Origin: Firmicutes bacterium ADurb.Bin153
Lineage (GTDB): Bacteria > Bacillota > DTU025 > MWDF01
Length of the DNA stretch: 64,000 nucleotides
Reading direction: 5' to 3'
Assembly: GCA_002070415.1 (NCBI GenBank)
Contig: MWDF01000004.1
Coordinates: forward strand, 19,677 to 83,676
Both the position numbers and the translations under genes were made by a program. The notes beneath the pieces are model-generated. The model saw only the letters and a program-made list of their open reading frames with translations, was not told the DNA's origin and made no database searches. Positions 38,972-48,111 of this stretch are shown here, one piece after another (within the stretch, counting starts at the first letter, position 1; the number at the start of each line of letters is the position of its first letter).

Positions 38972-39154
38972 CTAATCTTGTCCTTTACCGCCGTCTTTTG
39001 CGGCGTCCTGCCAGAGTCCTCGTATCCCGCCGGTCCCGCGGCGCACCTGTTCTCCGCGCTCCCTTAAGCCGTCCAGGAAGAGCCTGATACGGGTCCTGAA
39101 ATAGGTCACCCACGCCTTGTGGTTCATCAACAGTTGAAATAGGAGTGCCCTCAT
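38972..39154 (-). CDS. Candidate 60-codon ORF filling the purN-purH gap
   Basis: The ATG at 39152-39154 overlaps the purN TGA (ATGA). The ORF (MRALLFQLLMNHKAWVTYFRTRIRLFLDGLRERGEQVRRGTGGIRGLWQDAAKDGGKGQD) ends 18 nt before the purH ATG. I recognise no family. High GC inflates chance ORFs. Confidence 0.3.
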   Translation of the reverse strand: MRALLFQLLMNHKAWVTYFRTRIRLFLDGLRERGEQVRRGTGGIRGLWQDAAKDGGKGQD

Positions 39155-39777
39155 TCCCTTTTTTCGTCCACCCTCGTTTTCCTGCCCTCTATGCCCACCC
39201 TGCCTTCGCCTATGAGCCTGAGGGCCTTTATGTACAGCGAATGTTCCTTCTCCAGTATCCTGGCCGAAAGGCTGTCCTCGTCGTCGCCTTCGAGAACGGG
39301 GACGGCCTCCTGGAGTATTATCGGGCCGGTGTCGGTACCTTCGTCCACGAAGTGCACCGTACACCCGCTCACCTTGACCCCGTACTCCAGTGCCTGCTTC
39401 TGGGCGTCGAGCCCTGGGAAGCTGGGCAGAAGCGCGGGATGGATGTTGACCACCCTTCCGGGGAACCTGCCGACGAACTCCGGCCCCAGCACCCTCATGA
39501 AGCCGGCGAGCGCTATTATGTCGGGGTCGTAGCCTGCGGCCAGCTCAGCGAGGGCCCTGTCGTAATCGGCCCTTGTGGCGAAGCCCTTCCTTGTGAGCAC
39601 CGCGATGTCGATGTCGCCGTAGGTAAGCGCCCTGTCTATGACCGCGGCTTTGGGCCTGTCACAGATGAGGGCCGCGATCTTCGCGTCCAGGGCCCCTTCT
39701 CTTATCGCGTCCGCTATAGCCGAGAAGTTCGATCCCCTCCCGGATGCCATGACGACCAACCTCAGCGTCCTTCCCAC
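39151..39777 (-). CDS. purN: Phosphoribosylglycinamide formyltransferase
   Basis: LVVMASGRGSNF, NIHPALLPSFPG and GCTVHFVDEGTDTGPII. GTG start with GGCGGAG upstream. Confidence 0.93.
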   Translation of the reverse strand: MGRTLRLVVMASGRGSNFSAIADAIREGALDAKIAALICDRPKAAVIDRALTYGDIDIAVLTRKGFATRADYDRALAELAAGYDPDIIALAGFMRVLGPEFVGRFPGRVVNIHPALLPSFPGLDAQKQALEYGVKVSGCTVHFVDEGTDTGPIILQEAVPVLEGDDEDSLSARILEKEHSLYIKALRLIGEGRVGIEGRKTRVDEKRE

Positions 39778-40117
39778 CGCTACTCCGCCTTTCCGTCCCG
39801 CCGATAGTCAAGCCCAGCTTGACTCCTGAGCCCGGCCTGTCCTCGCGCATCTTTAGAAAATTCCCAATAACGCCTGCTACGTCGGCAATTACCATGATCT
39901 CCGCCGTTCATTTCCATGCGGCCCGAAGCGTCAAGCACTGCTTGTCATCCCCAGCACACCGGCATGTTCTGCCCATAGGCGTCCAGATATGCTGTACTTT
40001 TCTCGGGGGCCTGCTTCGGGACCGGCCGTCTACTCAAGGACGAAGGCCCGAACGCGGCATGCCTCCTGGTCCGGGCGCTTCTGTGCTTCTTTGGGTTCCG
40101 CCTTCCGCGAGGCTCCC

Positions 40118-42628
40118 TCAGGAGAGGCCCTTGAACCTTACCTCGGCCTTTCCTGCGGTGATCCTGCCGACCACGATGGGCTTCTCGCCAAAAGCCTCAA
40201 GGGAGCTCACCGCGCGCTTTACATCCTCGGGCCTTACTATCACAAGGAAGCCGAGTCCCATGTTGAACACCCTTAGCATCTCCATCGGCTCCACCTTGCC
40301 GAGCCTTGCTATCATCTTGAAGACGGGCGGTATCGGCCAGCTGCCGTAGTCAAGCTCCATGCCCGTTCCTTCGGGCAGGCACCTTACGGGGTTCTCCACA
40401 AGGCCGCCGCCTGTTATGTGCGCCATGCCCAGTACTTCGACCTCGTCGAGCAGTGCCATCACGGGCCTTGCGTATATCTTCGTGGGTTTCAGCATCTCCT
40501 CGCCCACCGTGCAGCCCAGCTCCTCGAAGTGCTCGTGGAAGTACAGGCCGCTGTCGGCTAGAAGGACGCGCCTTGCCAGGGAGTAGCCGTTCGAGTGCAG
40601 CCCGCTGGACGAAAGCCCGATCACCGCATCCCCCGGCTCTATCTTCGACCCGTCTATTATCTTGCTCTTCTCGACCGCCCCGACGGCGAAGCCCGCTATA
40701 TCGTACTCGCCGTATGGGTAGAAGCCCGGCATCTCGGCGGTCTCGCCGCCCACGAGGGCGCAGTCCGCCATGACGCACCCGTCGGCGACCCCCTTGACGA
40801 TGTCGGCCACCAGCTCGGGTATGAGCTTGCCGAGGGCTATGTAGTCCAGGAAATATATGGGTTTTGCGCCGGACACGAGGCAGTCGTTCACGCACATCGC
40901 GACGCAGTCTATGCCGATGGTGTCGTTCTTGTCCATGCCCATCGCTATCCTGAGCTTGGTCCCCACGCCGTCGGTCCCCGAGACCAGCACCGGTTCCTTC
41001 ATGCCCAGGGAGCTTACGTCGTACAGGGCCCCGAAGCCGCCTATGCCGCCGATGACGCCCTTCCTTGTCGTCCTCATCACGTGAGGTTTAATAAGGTCCA
41101 CCGAGCGGTTGCCGGCGTCGATGTCCACCCCGGCGCCCCTGTAAGTGGAGCTCGGGCCGGAGGCCTTGCCGGTCTTTTCGAGGATGTGCCTTCCTTCCTC
41201 GGCGTCTATCGCGGTCGGGTACTTGCCGTCGAAGCACGCGGTGCAGAAGCCCCTGCTTCCCGAGCCGGTGGAGCGCCTCGCCCTCTCGACGGCCTCGACG
41301 AGTCCCTTGATCGAAAGGAAGCTGAGCGTATCGGCCTGGATCATCGACCTTATCTGCTCTTTGTCCTTCACCGTGGCTATGAGCTCGCCGCGGCCGGTCG
41401 TGTCGATGCCGTAATGGCAGCCGAACTTGACCGGAGGGGAGGAGACGACGAAATGCACTTCGGTCGCGCCGGCCCTCTTCATGAGGTCGACGAGCTTGCG
41501 ACTCGTCGTCCCCCTTACTATCGAATCGTCCACGAGGATGACCCTCTTGCCTTTTATGAGCGAAGCCACGGCGTTGAGCTTGAGCCTTACGCCAAGCTCC
41601 CTTATGTTCTGCGAGGGCTGTATGAACGTGCGGCCCATGTAGCGGTTCTTTATCATGCCCATCACGTATGGAAGCCCGCTCTCCTGGGCGTAGCCCTGGG
41701 CGGCGCCTATGCCGGATTCGGGGACCGGGACCACTATGTCTGCCTCGATGTCCCTGTTCTCCCTGGCAAGCTGCCTGCCGAGTTCGAAACGCGCCTCGGC
41801 CACGCCTATGCCGTCTATCATGGAGTCCGGCCTCGCCAGGTATACGTGCTCGAATATGCAGGAGGTGTGGCGCACGCCGTTCATTATCCCGGCGGAGTGT
41901 ATGCCCTCCTTGGTCATGTATATGATCTCGCCGGGCTCCACGTCCCTTATCCTGACGGCGCCGATCGTATCGAGCGCGCAGGATTCGGAGGCCACGAAAT
42001 AGCCGGTCCCGTCGGCCGCCTCGCCCACCACGAGCGGCCTGAAGCCGTGCGGGTCCCTTGCGGCGTAGACCGTGTCGCCCTGCAGGACCACGAAAGTGTA
42101 CGCTCCGTCGAGCGTCTCCATGGCCTTCCTTATGGCCCCAAGCATGCCAAGGTCGTAGTGCCTCGCTATCGTGCACCCTATCAGCTCGGAGTCCGACGTG
42201 GTCTGGAAGACCGCGCCCGTCTTGCCGAGCCTCCTTCTTAGCTGGGCGGCGTTAGTTATGTTGCCGTTGTGAGAAAGCGCCATCATGCCGTCTATGTACC
42301 TGAACGTCATGGGCTGGGCGTTCATGATGGCGGAGTTGCCCGTCGTGGAATACCTCACGTGCCCTATGCCGGTGTGCCCCTTGAGGGATGTGATCGGCTG
42401 CCTTGAGAACACCTCGGTCACGAGGCCCATGTCCTTGACAACCTTGATCTCGGCCCCCTCGTAGGTCGCTATGCCCGCGCTCTCCTGCCCCCTGTGCTGG
42501 AGGGCGACGAGCCCCATGAATATGCTCTCGGACGCGGGCCCTTCAAGGGCCGCCCCGAACACGCCGCATTCGTCCCGTACGGAATCGTCCTCACGGTAGT
42601 CACAAAGATGCAGGTCCAACGAATCCAT
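40118..42628 (-). CDS. purF-purM: Fused amidophosphoribosyltransferase (PurF, aa ~1-480) / AIR synthetase (PurM, aa ~495-836)
   Basis: One uninterrupted frame. PurF part: propeptide then CGVFG (Ntn Cys), SHNGNITN, VPESG, VLVDDSIVRGTT, and the FCTACFDGKYP Fe-S Cys residues. Linker: RHILEKTGKASGPSS (nt ~41140-41190). PurM part: TYRGAGVDIDAGN, GIGGFGALYD, VSGTDGVGTK, GGETAEMPG, HSNGYSL. The start was trimmed to ATG 42626-42628. Confidence 0.9.
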   Translation of the reverse strand: MDSLDLHLCDYREDDSVRDECGVFGAALEGPASESIFMGLVALQHRGQESAGIATYEGAEIKVVKDMGLVTEVFSRQPITSLKGHTGIGHVRYSTTGNSAIMNAQPMTFRYIDGMMALSHNGNITNAAQLRRRLGKTGAVFQTTSDSELIGCTIARHYDLGMLGAIRKAMETLDGAYTFVVLQGDTVYAARDPHGFRPLVVGEAADGTGYFVASESCALDTIGAVRIRDVEPGEIIYMTKEGIHSAGIMNGVRHTSCIFEHVYLARPDSMIDGIGVAEARFELGRQLARENRDIEADIVVPVPESGIGAAQGYAQESGLPYVMGMIKNRYMGRTFIQPSQNIRELGVRLKLNAVASLIKGKRVILVDDSIVRGTTSRKLVDLMKRAGATEVHFVVSSPPVKFGCHYGIDTTGRGELIATVKDKEQIRSMIQADTLSFLSIKGLVEAVERARRSTGSGSRGFCTACFDGKYPTAIDAEEGRHILEKTGKASGPSSTYRGAGVDIDAGNRSVDLIKPHVMRTTRKGVIGGIGGFGALYDVSSLGMKEPVLVSGTDGVGTKLRIAMGMDKNDTIGIDCVAMCVNDCLVSGAKPIYFLDYIALGKLIPELVADIVKGVADGCVMADCALVGGETAEMPGFYPYGEYDIAGFAVGAVEKSKIIDGSKIEPGDAVIGLSSSGLHSNGYSLARRVLLADSGLYFHEHFEELGCTVGEEMLKPTKIYARPVMALLDEVEVLGMAHITGGGLVENPVRCLPEGTGMELDYGSWPIPPVFKMIARLGKVEPMEMLRVFNMGLGFLVIVRPEDVKRAVSSLEAFGEKPIVVGRITAGKAEVRFKGLS

Positions 42629-42632
42629 CAGA

Positions 42633-44921
42633 TCACCTTCCAGCCAAGGCGCGCTCAAGCGCCGTCTCGTAAGATTCCCCCGCCTTGCCGAGGTCGAGTT
42701 CGACCGAACTTCCCGACATCCTGACCGCAAGCTTGCTTCCTCCGGTCTTGCCTATGTAGAAGGCCTTCACGCCGTTGTTTCGCGCCAACGCCTTGACGGC
42801 CGCGGCCTTTCCGGGTTCCACCTCTACGATCGCCCTTGCCGCGCTCTCGGAGAACAGCATCTTCCAAAGCGGCAGGCCGTTGGTGTTTGCGTCCGAAAGG
42901 TCGATGTCGGCGCCTATGCCGTTACCGAGGGCATCTTCCAGGAGCGCCATGGCAAGGCCACCTTCGGCGCAGTCGTGGGCCGAAAGCATGAGGCCTTCTC
43001 CGGCCGCTTCCGTGAGGAAGGATATGAGGCCCTTCTCCGCGGCGGCGTCGAACCTGGGAGGCCTTCCGGCCTCGATTCCGTGCACCGTCGACAGGTATTC
43101 GGACCCTCCGAGCTCGTCTTTGGTCTCGCCTATGAGCACTACTGAGCTCCCCGCGCGCTTGAAGCCGGCCGAGACTGCCTTCTCGACGTCGTCCATCGAG
43201 CCGACCATGCCTATGGTGGGAGTCGGGTAGATCGCGGTCTCGCCGTCTTCGTTGTAGAAGCTCACGTTGCCGCCGGTGACCGGCGTGCCGAACGCCTCGC
43301 ACCCTTCCGCGAGGCCCAGCACGGATTCCCTGAAGCTCCAGTACACCTCGGGCTTCATGGGGTTGCCGTGGTTCTGGCAGTTCGTTACGGCAAGAGGCTT
43401 CGCCCCGGTGAGCGCGATCTTCCTTGCCGCTTCGGCCACCGCGAGCTTGGCGCCCTCCCTGGGGTACAAGTAGCAGTAGCGCGGGTTCACGTCGGTGGTG
43501 ACGGCGATGCCCTTGTCGGTCCCGGGGATCCTCACTACGGCGGCGTCGCCGCCGGGCTTGATCACCGTGCCGCTTCCCACCTGGTGGTCGTACTGCGAAT
43601 AGATCCAGTGCTTCGAGCAGAGGTTCGCCGAGGCGGCCATCTTCTCGATGATGCCGGCGAGCTCGCCGTCTTCCGGCGCGGGAAGCGTGTCGGGGTCGAA
43701 CGCTCCCAGCTCGTCTATGTATGCCGGCTTCGTATACTCCCTGTCGTATGCGGGGGCGCTTTCGGCCAGCTGGTCGGCCGGCACTTCGGCGACGACGTCG
43801 CCGTGCATCGTTATGGTCAGAAGGCCACCGTCGGTGACCTCGCCTATCACGGCTGCGTCAAGGTCCCACTTCCTCAGGATGTCGGTCACTTCGCCCTCCT
43901 TGCCGGGCACGGGGACCATTAGCATCCTCTCCTGGGATTCCGAGAGCATTATCTCGTACGGGCTCATGCCCGTCTCGCGCTTCGGGACGAGGTCGAGCTC
44001 GACTCTCATGCCCGAACCGCCGCGGCTTGCCATCTCCGATGTCGCGCACGTCAGCCCCGCGGCGCCTAGGTCTTGTATCCCTAGGACCAGGTCCTTGGCT
44101 ACCAGCTCAAGGCACGCCTCGAGGAGCAGCTTCTCGCGGAAGGGGTCTCCCACCTGGACGGCCGACTTCCTCTCCTGGGCCTCCTCGGTGAGGTCCGCCG
44201 ACGCGAACGTCGCCCCGTGTATGCCGTCGCGCCCGGTCGTGGAGCCTATCAGCATCACCTTGTTGCCGGCTCCTGTCGCCTTGCCGCGCCTTATCTCGTC
44301 GTGTTTCAGATATCCCACGCACATGACGTTGACGAGCGGGTTCACCGAGTAGCACTTGCCGAACCAGCTCATGCCGCCCACCGTGGGTATGCCGACCGCG
44401 TTGCCGTAGCCTGCCACCCCGGACACCACGCCGTCGATTATGTGGCGGTTCCTGGCGTCGTCGGTCGGGCCGAAGAACAGCGGGTCGAGTACGGCAATCG
44501 GCCTTGCGCCCATGGTGAATATGTCGCGGATGATGCCGCCCGAACCTGTCGCGGCGCCCTGGTAGGGCTCCACGGCGGAGGGGTGGTTGTGGCTTTCTAT
44601 CTTGAACGCCACCGCCAGGCCGTCGCCGACGTCTACTATGCCGGCGTTCTCCCCGGGGCCCTGAAGCACGCATTCGCCCTTGGTGGGAAGCAGCTTCAGC
44701 ACCTTCCTGGAGTTCTTGTAGCTGCAGTGCTCGCTCCACATGACGGAGAACATCGCGACTTCCAGGAAGTTTGGATGCTTGCCTATCCTGTGGCAGATCA
44801 TGTCGTATTCCTCGTCGGTTAGGCCCATCGCGCGCCAGTCCTCGGGCGCCACCGTCCGTTCGCCTTCTATCTTGGCGTCGATCCTGTCTAGTTCCATCTC
44901 TTTCACGTCCTTTTCGGCCAT
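42633..44921 (-). CDS. purL: Phosphoribosylformylglycinamidine synthase subunit PurL (FGAM synthase II)
   Basis: From [12 protein letters not shown]...[19 protein letters not shown], then [16 protein letters not shown] and GGNVSFYNE. One-nt TGATG overlap with purQ. Confidence 0.95.
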   Translation of the reverse strand: MAEKDVKEMELDRIDAKIEGERTVAPEDWRAMGLTDEEYDMICHRIGKHPNFLEVAMFSVMWSEHCSYKNSRKVLKLLPTKGECVLQGPGENAGIVDVGDGLAVAFKIESHNHPSAVEPYQGAATGSGGIIRDIFTMGARPIAVLDPLFFGPTDDARNRHIIDGVVSGVAGYGNAVGIPTVGGMSWFGKCYSVNPLVNVMCVGYLKHDEIRRGKATGAGNKVMLIGSTTGRDGIHGATFASADLTEEAQERKSAVQVGDPFREKLLLEACLELVAKDLVLGIQDLGAAGLTCATSEMASRGGSGMRVELDLVPKRETGMSPYEIMLSESQERMLMVPVPGKEGEVTDILRKWDLDAAVIGEVTDGGLLTITMHGDVVAEVPADQLAESAPAYDREYTKPAYIDELGAFDPDTLPAPEDGELAGIIEKMAASANLCSKHWIYSQYDHQVGSGTVIKPGGDAAVVRIPGTDKGIAVTTDVNPRYCYLYPREGAKLAVAEAARKIALTGAKPLAVTNCQNHGNPMKPEVYWSFRESVLGLAEGCEAFGTPVTGGNVSFYNEDGETAIYPTPTIGMVGSMDDVEKAVSAGFKRAGSSVVLIGETKDELGGSEYLSTVHGIEAGRPPRFDAAAEKGLISFLTEAAGEGLMLSAHDCAEGGLAMALLEDALGNGIGADIDLSDANTNGLPLWKMLFSESAARAIVEVEPGKAAAVKALARNNGVKAFYIGKTGGSKLAVRMSGSSVELDLGKAGESYETALERALAGR

Positions 44922-45622
44922 CAGCGGACGCCCCCTTTCCCGCACCAGCTCATGACCGACTTGAACACCCTTAAGCCGTCGGTGCCGCCGAGTACGGATT
45001 CGACCACGCGTTCGGGATGCGGCATGAGGCCCACGACGTTGCCGGCCTTGTTCGTGATGCCCGCTATGTTGTTCATGCTCCCGTTGGGGTTGCACCCTTC
45101 CGTTAGCGAGCCGTCCGGCTCGGCGTAGCGGAAGACGACCCTTCCTTCGTCCTCGAGCATCTTGATGGTGTCGGTGTCGGCGTAGAAGTTGCCCTCCGCG
45201 TGCGCTATGGGGAAGTCTACGACCTCACCTTTCGAATAGAGGTGCGTGAAGGGTGTGTTGACGTTGTCGATCCTGAGCTTCTGGGGGCGGCAGATGAACC
45301 TCAGCCCCGTGTTCCTAAGCGTCGCGCCGGTAAGGAGCCCCGATTCGAGCAGTGTCTGGAAGCCGTTGCAGATGCCCAGTACCGGCCCGCCCGCTTGGGC
45401 GAACTCGGCCACGGCGTCCATCACCGGCGAGAAGCGCGCGATCGCGCCGCAGCGCAGGTAGTCCCCGTGCGCGAAGCCTCCGGGAAGGACTATGGCGTCA
45501 TAGCCGCCGACATCCGTGTCCTTGTGCCAGATGAATCCGGATTCGGATCCCACTACCTCGGCAGCCCTTTCGATGTCCCGGTCGCAGTTGGAGCCGGGGA
45601 AGACCACTATCCCTATCTTCAT
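44921..45622 (-). CDS. purQ: Phosphoribosylformylglycinamidine synthase subunit PurQ (glutaminase)
   Basis: [23 protein letters not shown] (nucleophile Cys) and MPHPER. Confidence 0.95.
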   Translation of the reverse strand: MKIGIVVFPGSNCDRDIERAAEVVGSESGFIWHKDTDVGGYDAIVLPGGFAHGDYLRCGAIARFSPVMDAVAEFAQAGGPVLGICNGFQTLLESGLLTGATLRNTGLRFICRPQKLRIDNVNTPFTHLYSKGEVVDFPIAHAEGNFYADTDTIKMLEDEGRVVFRYAEPDGSLTEGCNPNGSMNNIAGITNKAGNVVGLMPHPERVVESVLGGTDGLRVFKSVMSWCGKGGVR

Positions 45623-45878
45623 TTCGCCACTTCCTCGGCCAGGGTGAACTCGTACCGTTCCATGACCAGGTTGGCAAGGAGCTTCTTGGACACCTCGTCC
45701 ACCATCGCGCGGGCGGCGGCCTCGTCTTCCGCCTTCAGGCGCACTTCGATGAACTTGCCCAGGCGCACGCCGTCGATGTCGGAATATCCCATGCTGTGAA
45801 GCCCTGTCCTGACGGCGACGCCCTGTGGGTCGAGTATGGACGGCTTGAGGGTAACCACGACCTTAGCAAGATAGCTCT

Positions 45879-45882
<4 letters not shown>
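45619..45882 (-). CDS. purS: Phosphoribosylformylglycinamidine synthase subunit PurS
   Basis: 87 aa with VTLKPSILDPQG. Size and position between purC and purQ fit PurS. Confidence 0.9.
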
Positions 45883-46607
<725 letters not shown>

Positions 46608-46636
46608 TCGGAATCGAAGTATGTGTCGCGCAGGAT

Positions 46637-47140
46637 CTATTTCCCCTGGTTCCTTACCTCTTCGTCGGCCTCGAAGGCCTTGGCCTTCAGAGCCTCCTTG
46701 TGTTCTGCGAGCTTCGCCGCAAGCTCCTTGTCCGATATTGCCAGCATCTGGACCGCAAGGAGGGCGGCGTTGGCGGAGCCGTCTATGGCGACAGTCGCGA
46801 CGGGCACGCCCGTCGGCATCTGTACCGTGGCATACAGGGCGTCCAGGCCGTTAAGGGATCCGGAGGCGAGGGGTATGCCGATGACGGGAAGCGTGGTGTT
46901 CGCGGCCATCGCGCCGGCCAGGTGCGCCGCGGCCCCGGCTCCTGCGATGATGACCTTAAGGCCGCGGCCCGAAGCATCCTTCGCGTACTGGGAGGCGGTA
47001 TCGGGCGTGCGGTGGGCCGATATTACGCGCATCTCGCTTTCGATGCCGAACTGCTGGAGCATCGTCGACGCCGTCTTCATAACGTTGAGGTCCGACTTGC
47101 TGCCCATCACTATTCCGACCACAGGACCTTTGGTTTTCAT
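46637..47140 (-). CDS. purE: N5-CAIR mutase / AIR carboxylase catalytic subunit PurE
   Basis: [16 protein letters not shown] and [17 protein letters not shown] lies 8 nt upstream of the ATG. Confidence 0.95.
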   Translation of the reverse strand: MKTKGPVVGIVMGSKSDLNVMKTASTMLQQFGIESEMRVISAHRTPDTASQYAKDASGRGLKVIIAGAGAAAHLAGAMAANTTLPVIGIPLASGSLNGLDALYATVQMPTGVPVATVAIDGSANAALLAVQMLAISDKELAAKLAEHKEALKAKAFEADEEVRNQGK

Positions 47141-47159
47141 GCAATCTCCTCCTAGAAAA

Positions 47160-47312
47160 TGCGCATAGCCCCGCGAACAGGGTTACGAAACCTGCCCGCC
47201 GGGGCTTTTATCCCTTAGGTGTAGCCTTGCCTCGCCGGGCGAGGGGGCCTGCGCCGCTCGGTCCAGGCAAGCTCGGCATTCATCCTCGCTACGGAACCCT
47301 AGGCGCACTTTC
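47160..47312 (-). promoter_or_regulatory. ykkC-fold riboswitch (RF00442-like aptamer) plus expression-platform hairpin in the purE leader; context suggests the PRPP-sensing subtype 2
   Basis: The minus-strand RNA reads GCG-CCUAGGGUUCCG-...-CUGGACCGAGCG-...-CUACACCUAAGGGAUAAAAGCCCCGGCGGG. From memory, the ykkC/guanidine-I consensus blocks are CUAGGGUUCCG, GGUCCGAGAG and ACACGG..GGGAUAAAAGCCCGGGAGA. The 3' aptamer strand AGCCCCG (47200-47206) can instead pair with CGGGGCU (47167-47173), upstream of AUUUUCU and the AGGAGG SD. Confidence 0.65.
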
Positions 47313-47315
47313 GTC

Positions 47316-47344
47316 ATATTCGGTTGTCGATTCAGACCCTACAA
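47316..47344 (-). promoter_or_regulatory. Candidate promoter of the pur operon
   Basis: The minus strand reads TTGTAG-17 nt-GAATAT. This places a start site about 7 nt upstream of the riboswitch P1 region. The match to consensus is weak. Confidence 0.3.
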
Positions 47345-47381
47345 AATCCAAAGCCGCAAGGCCCTTTGAGGGCGTCGCGGC
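47341..47381 (-). terminator. Rho-independent terminator separating the GNAT region from the pur operon
   Basis: The minus strand reads GCCGCgacgCCCUcaaAGGGccuuGCGGC followed by UUUGGAUUUUGU. Confidence 0.6.
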
Positions 47382-47585
47382 GGTAACGCTTTCTCTATTC
47401 GGCTCCGTCAGGGCGCCCTTCCGCATAACGGCGGAAGAAATCCTTTATAGCAACCCTGAAGGGCCAACGCATGTCCTTTTCGTCCTCCTCAAAGCGGGCC
47501 TCTCTGTGCCCCCTTATTTGATTCGACCACATAAGAATATTAAGCGAATTATCGAAAATCTTCAAGCGCTACGATGTTGCCGTAG

Positions 47586-48029
47586 CTACCTATCTATGTC
47601 CTTTACAAAACAGACCAGGCGATTGGCCTCCCTGAAGCCCGTCCTCTCATGGAAGGCGATGCTGGTCTCGTTGCTCAGCTCGCAGTCGCTGGCCAGTTCG
47701 GTTATGCCCTTCGACCTTGCCCAGCCCTCGCACGCTTCGAGCAGCTTTCCTGCGATGCCTTCATGCCTGTGGCCTTCAACGACGTAAATGCCCTCCAGGT
47801 AGCCCGCCGGGCTTGAGCGCGTGCCCTCGACATAATCGGAACGGATCTGGCAGTGGGCGAAACCCAGGGGAGTAATGCCTTCGGTAGCAAGCAGCATGGC
47901 AGATCCTTCGTCATTGAGCGCCTTTTCTAGTTCAACGGCAAGCTCTTCGCGTAAATTATCTGGCCATAAGAGAAGGGCGAGATCAATGATTCCATGTAGG
48001 TGTTCACGACCTGCGATCCTGATTTCCAA
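47586..48029 (-). CDS. GNAT N-acetyltransferase resembling AAC(6')-I aminoglycoside acetyltransferases
   Basis: 147 aa. LLLWPD, RSDYVEGTRSSPAGYLEGIYVVEGHRHEGIAGKLLEACEGWARSKGITELASDCELSN..SIAFHERTGF follows the AAC(6')-Iy/-Ic-type pattern (R.DYV.G...SPV.YLEGI.V....R..G.......V..WA...GC.E.ASD). Confidence 0.7.
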   Translation of the reverse strand: MEIRIAGREHLHGIIDLALLLWPDNLREELAVELEKALNDEGSAMLLATEGITPLGFAHCQIRSDYVEGTRSSPAGYLEGIYVVEGHRHEGIAGKLLEACEGWARSKGITELASDCELSNETSIAFHERTGFREANRLVCFVKDIDR

Positions 48030-48111
48030 ATCATCGGCCTCCGATCTGATGAATCCACAAATCTCAAAGTACAGGCAATTATGCTTTGTACCGGCGGATT
48101 TCTAGTCATAC

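Noticed and set aside
38954-39150. Possible ZTP (pfl) riboswitch in the gap upstream of purH, a common location for that class.
   Set aside because: The conserved ACUGGCG ... CCGCCUGGGC blocks and the pseudoknot partners are not present. Only generic GC-rich hairpins occur. A covariance-model scan would be the decisive test.
39659-39895. ORF 39659-39895 (-, 78 aa) spanning the purN start and part of the spacer.
   Set aside because: It overlaps purN out of frame, is Gly/Arg-rich, and has no SD.
47313-47585. Tandem guanine aptamer upstream of the ykkC-type aptamer, as described for some PRPP riboswitches.
   Set aside because: No UAUAAU...GAUAUGG...GUUUCUACC...CCGUAAAU...CGACUA pattern is present. 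Instead the region holds a terminator and a promoter-like element, so the ykkC-type aptamer appears to stand alone.
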